Assembly: GCA_964566495.1 (NCBI GenBank)
Contig: CAZMIT010000032.1
Location: 1-16,281 of the forward strand
DNA from: an uncultured bacterium
Lineage (GTDB): Bacteria > T1Sed10-126
Reading direction: 5' to 3'
Length of the DNA stretch: 16,281 nucleotides
Shown: piece by piece, positions 14,890-16,281 of the stretch
Position numbering within the stretch: position 1 is the stretch's first letter
How the letters are laid out: each line of letters opens with the position of its first letter
Made by a program: the position numbers and the translations under genes
The notes under the pieces: model-generated
Seen by the model: only the letters and a program-made list of their open reading frames with translations
The model's database searches: none
Told to the model about the DNA's origin: nothing

Positions 14890-15966
14890 TTATTCCGGAC
14901 GTAGACGTTCCATCGCTGAAACGACCGAGGTTACACGGACACCGAAATTCTCATCAATAACTACAACCTCGCCGCGGGCAACCAGTCGACCGTTGATAAG
15001 CAGATCAACCGGCTCACCGGCGAGCCGGTCTAATTCGATAATAGAGCCGGCACCCAGGTCCAGAATCTCCTTAACCCGCAGCTTGGTCCGGCCCAGTTCT
15101 ACCGAAACTTCCATAGGCACGTCCATCAAGAGATTAATGTCGCCGGCGGGTTCTTCTCCTTCGGTTGCTTCAAATTGCGGGAAGTCAACGGATTTGGCCT
15201 CTTTCTGTTCGCCCTGCCCTGCCTCAGGAGAAGGCTGTGGCTCAGCAGTCTGAGGTTCAGCAGTCTGAGGTTCCGGCTGGGGCTGGGGTTCGGCGGCCGG
15301 TTCCGGTTCGGATTCTTCGGCGTTGTCGGCAATTAGATCAACGATAGAAGAGGGTTGTATTTCAAAAAAAGCTCCCGAATCAAAAAGTTCTTCAATTGAG
15401 AGGGTGTATTCAACCCAGAGAAACTCATCTTCTTCAACTCTTTCCAACAGCTCGCCCGTTTCAATGACACTGCTTTCTGGTGGTTCAAGAGATATTTCTT
15501 CCCCGGTAACGTTATTTAATTCAGTAGCCAGGGAGTTAACAAGCTGATTAAAAATTTCTACAACGGCACTCTCATAAGCCTCGGTGAATTCTTCCGGGGC
15601 ATCATCAGCCTCTTCGCCCATCATAACCCGAGCAATCCCGTGAGCTACATCAAAGGGTAAAACATAGCGCGCCGTCCCCGAGATAGCGCCCCCCAGCTCC
15701 GAGGTAACAACGACCCATTCATCTCCGTCGAGATTACCCTCGAGCTCAGATTTTTCAAGCAGATTACACTCTATAAGTCTGCTTTCCACCTCACGATCAA
15801 TAACAGTTGAGAGAATATTCTCAACGGTGTCGGCCACCTGGTTGTAAAAAGATCGGACGGACTCCAGGGGATCAGTTTCATCCTCAGGCGCGGGGGCATC
15901 GCCCCCCTCATCGTCATCAAGTAAGGCCTCTATTTCATCATCGGATAGCACGTCATCGTCAGCCAC
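14890..15966 (-). CDS. fliY: Flagellar motor switch protein FliY (CheC-like domain plus FliN/SpoA domain)
   Basis: N-terminal [11 protein letters not shown] (LSQxEIDALL-like CheY-binding motif); CheC-like middle domain with SAVVEIFN...PP; Pro/Glu linker; C-terminal [18 protein letters not shown]...[35 protein letters not shown]. Follows fliM. Confidence 0.9.
   Translation of the reverse strand: MADDDVLSDDEIEALLDDDEGGDAPAPEDETDPLESVRSFYNQVADTVENILSTVIDREVESRLIECNLLEKSELEGNLDGDEWVVVTSELGGAISGTARYVLPFDVAHGIARVMMGEEADDAPEEFTEAYESAVVEIFNQLVNSLATELNNVTGEEISLEPPESSVIETGELLERVEEDEFLWVEYTLSIEELFDSGAFFEIQPSSIVDLIADNAEESEPEPAAEPQPQPEPQTAEPQTAEPQPSPEAGQGEQKEAKSVDFPQFEATEGEEPAGDINLLMDVPMEVSVELGRTKLRVKEILDLGAGSIIELDRLAGEPVDLLINGRLVARGEVVVIDENFGVRVTSVVSAMERLRPE
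15242..15271. repeat. 15-bp in-frame tandem duplication in the FliY linker
   Basis: TCAGCAGTCTGAGGT occurs twice in tandem, encoding [10 protein letters not shown] on the minus strand. Confidence 0.9.
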
Positions 15967-15969
15967 GGG

Positions 15970-16281
15970 TCATCGCCTCTCTTCCAGTGTTGATTGTTCC
16001 TCTAATAAATGTTCCTTGAGGTCACTCATCATAGTTGCCACAAACTCATCTTCAGTCTTGGGTTCAAGTATTTGAACTGCCAGTTTTTTGCCCCGATAAC
16101 CGGGCTTGCAGTTATATTTTGGTTTACCGTTAATATTTAAAGTAAACGGCTCCTCCATCCCCGTGTCCAGCTTGATAACATCACCCTCCTGCAGGTTGAC
16201 AAAATCCTGCACTTCGATATCAGTGCGGCCGACCTCAACACTGACCGGGACCTGGACATAATCAATTTTTTCCTCCAGCAT
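15970..16281 (-). CDS. fliM: Flagellar motor switch protein FliM, C-terminal SpoA domain (partial; start lies beyond the window)
   Basis: VPVSVEVGRTDIEVQDFVNLQEGDVIKLD...INGKPKYNCKPGYRGKKLAVQI, ending 3 bp before fliY. Confidence 0.9.
   Translation of the reverse strand: MLEEKIDYVQVPVSVEVGRTDIEVQDFVNLQEGDVIKLDTGMEEPFTLNINGKPKYNCKPGYRGKKLAVQILEPKTEDEFVATMMSDLKEHLLEEQSTLEERR

Noticed and set aside
1296..16019. Numerous plus-strand and alternate-frame ORFs of 60-206 aa (e.g. 5346..5966, 3952..4398, 9444..9878, 14843..15253)
   Set aside because: All overlap well-supported minus-strand genes. Many are Ser-rich antisense reflections of Glu/Asp codons, and none shows a recognisable motif.
1..16281. 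Defence system, prophage, toxin-antitoxin, retron or non-flagellar type III secretion system
   Set aside because: No nuclease, reverse transcriptase, integrase or phage motifs seen. The export genes sit with fliM, fliY, flhF, flhG and fliA, so they are flagellar.

Overview
Bacterial chromosomal window in which every supportable gene is on the minus strand. From right to left it holds the distal part of a flagellar operon (fliM 3' end, fliY, fliO, fliP, fliQ, fliR, flhB, flhA, flhF, flhG), two uncharacterised genes, and the sigma-28 gene fliA/whiG. Three small accessory genes follow (an acidic hypothetical, a SwrB/DUF6115-like membrane protein, and an Asp-less receiver domain), then the housekeeping genes yicC-gmk-coaBC and the 5' part of a family-4 uracil-DNA glycosylase that the ORF track misses. 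The clearest non-coding signal is a 212-bp MITE between coaBC and udg. It has GTAA-ended terminal inverted repeats and an exact 8-bp target duplication (IS66-like), and it carries a nested inverted pair of CGTC-type palindromic repeats. Other points of interest are a near-consensus sigma-70 promoter for fliA overlapped by a perfect palindrome, a FliY with only one intact phosphatase site, an L27/Prp-like cleavage motif at the FlhB N-terminus, a membrane protein with a FliF-like tail, the absence of remA/rpoZ around gmk, and an acidic protein bias. I see no CRISPR array, RNA gene, prophage or defence system. The region is mostly core genome, and any novelty lies in the uncharacterised genes flanking fliA and in the composite MITE. 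All family calls come from motif recognition by eye, not from database searches.
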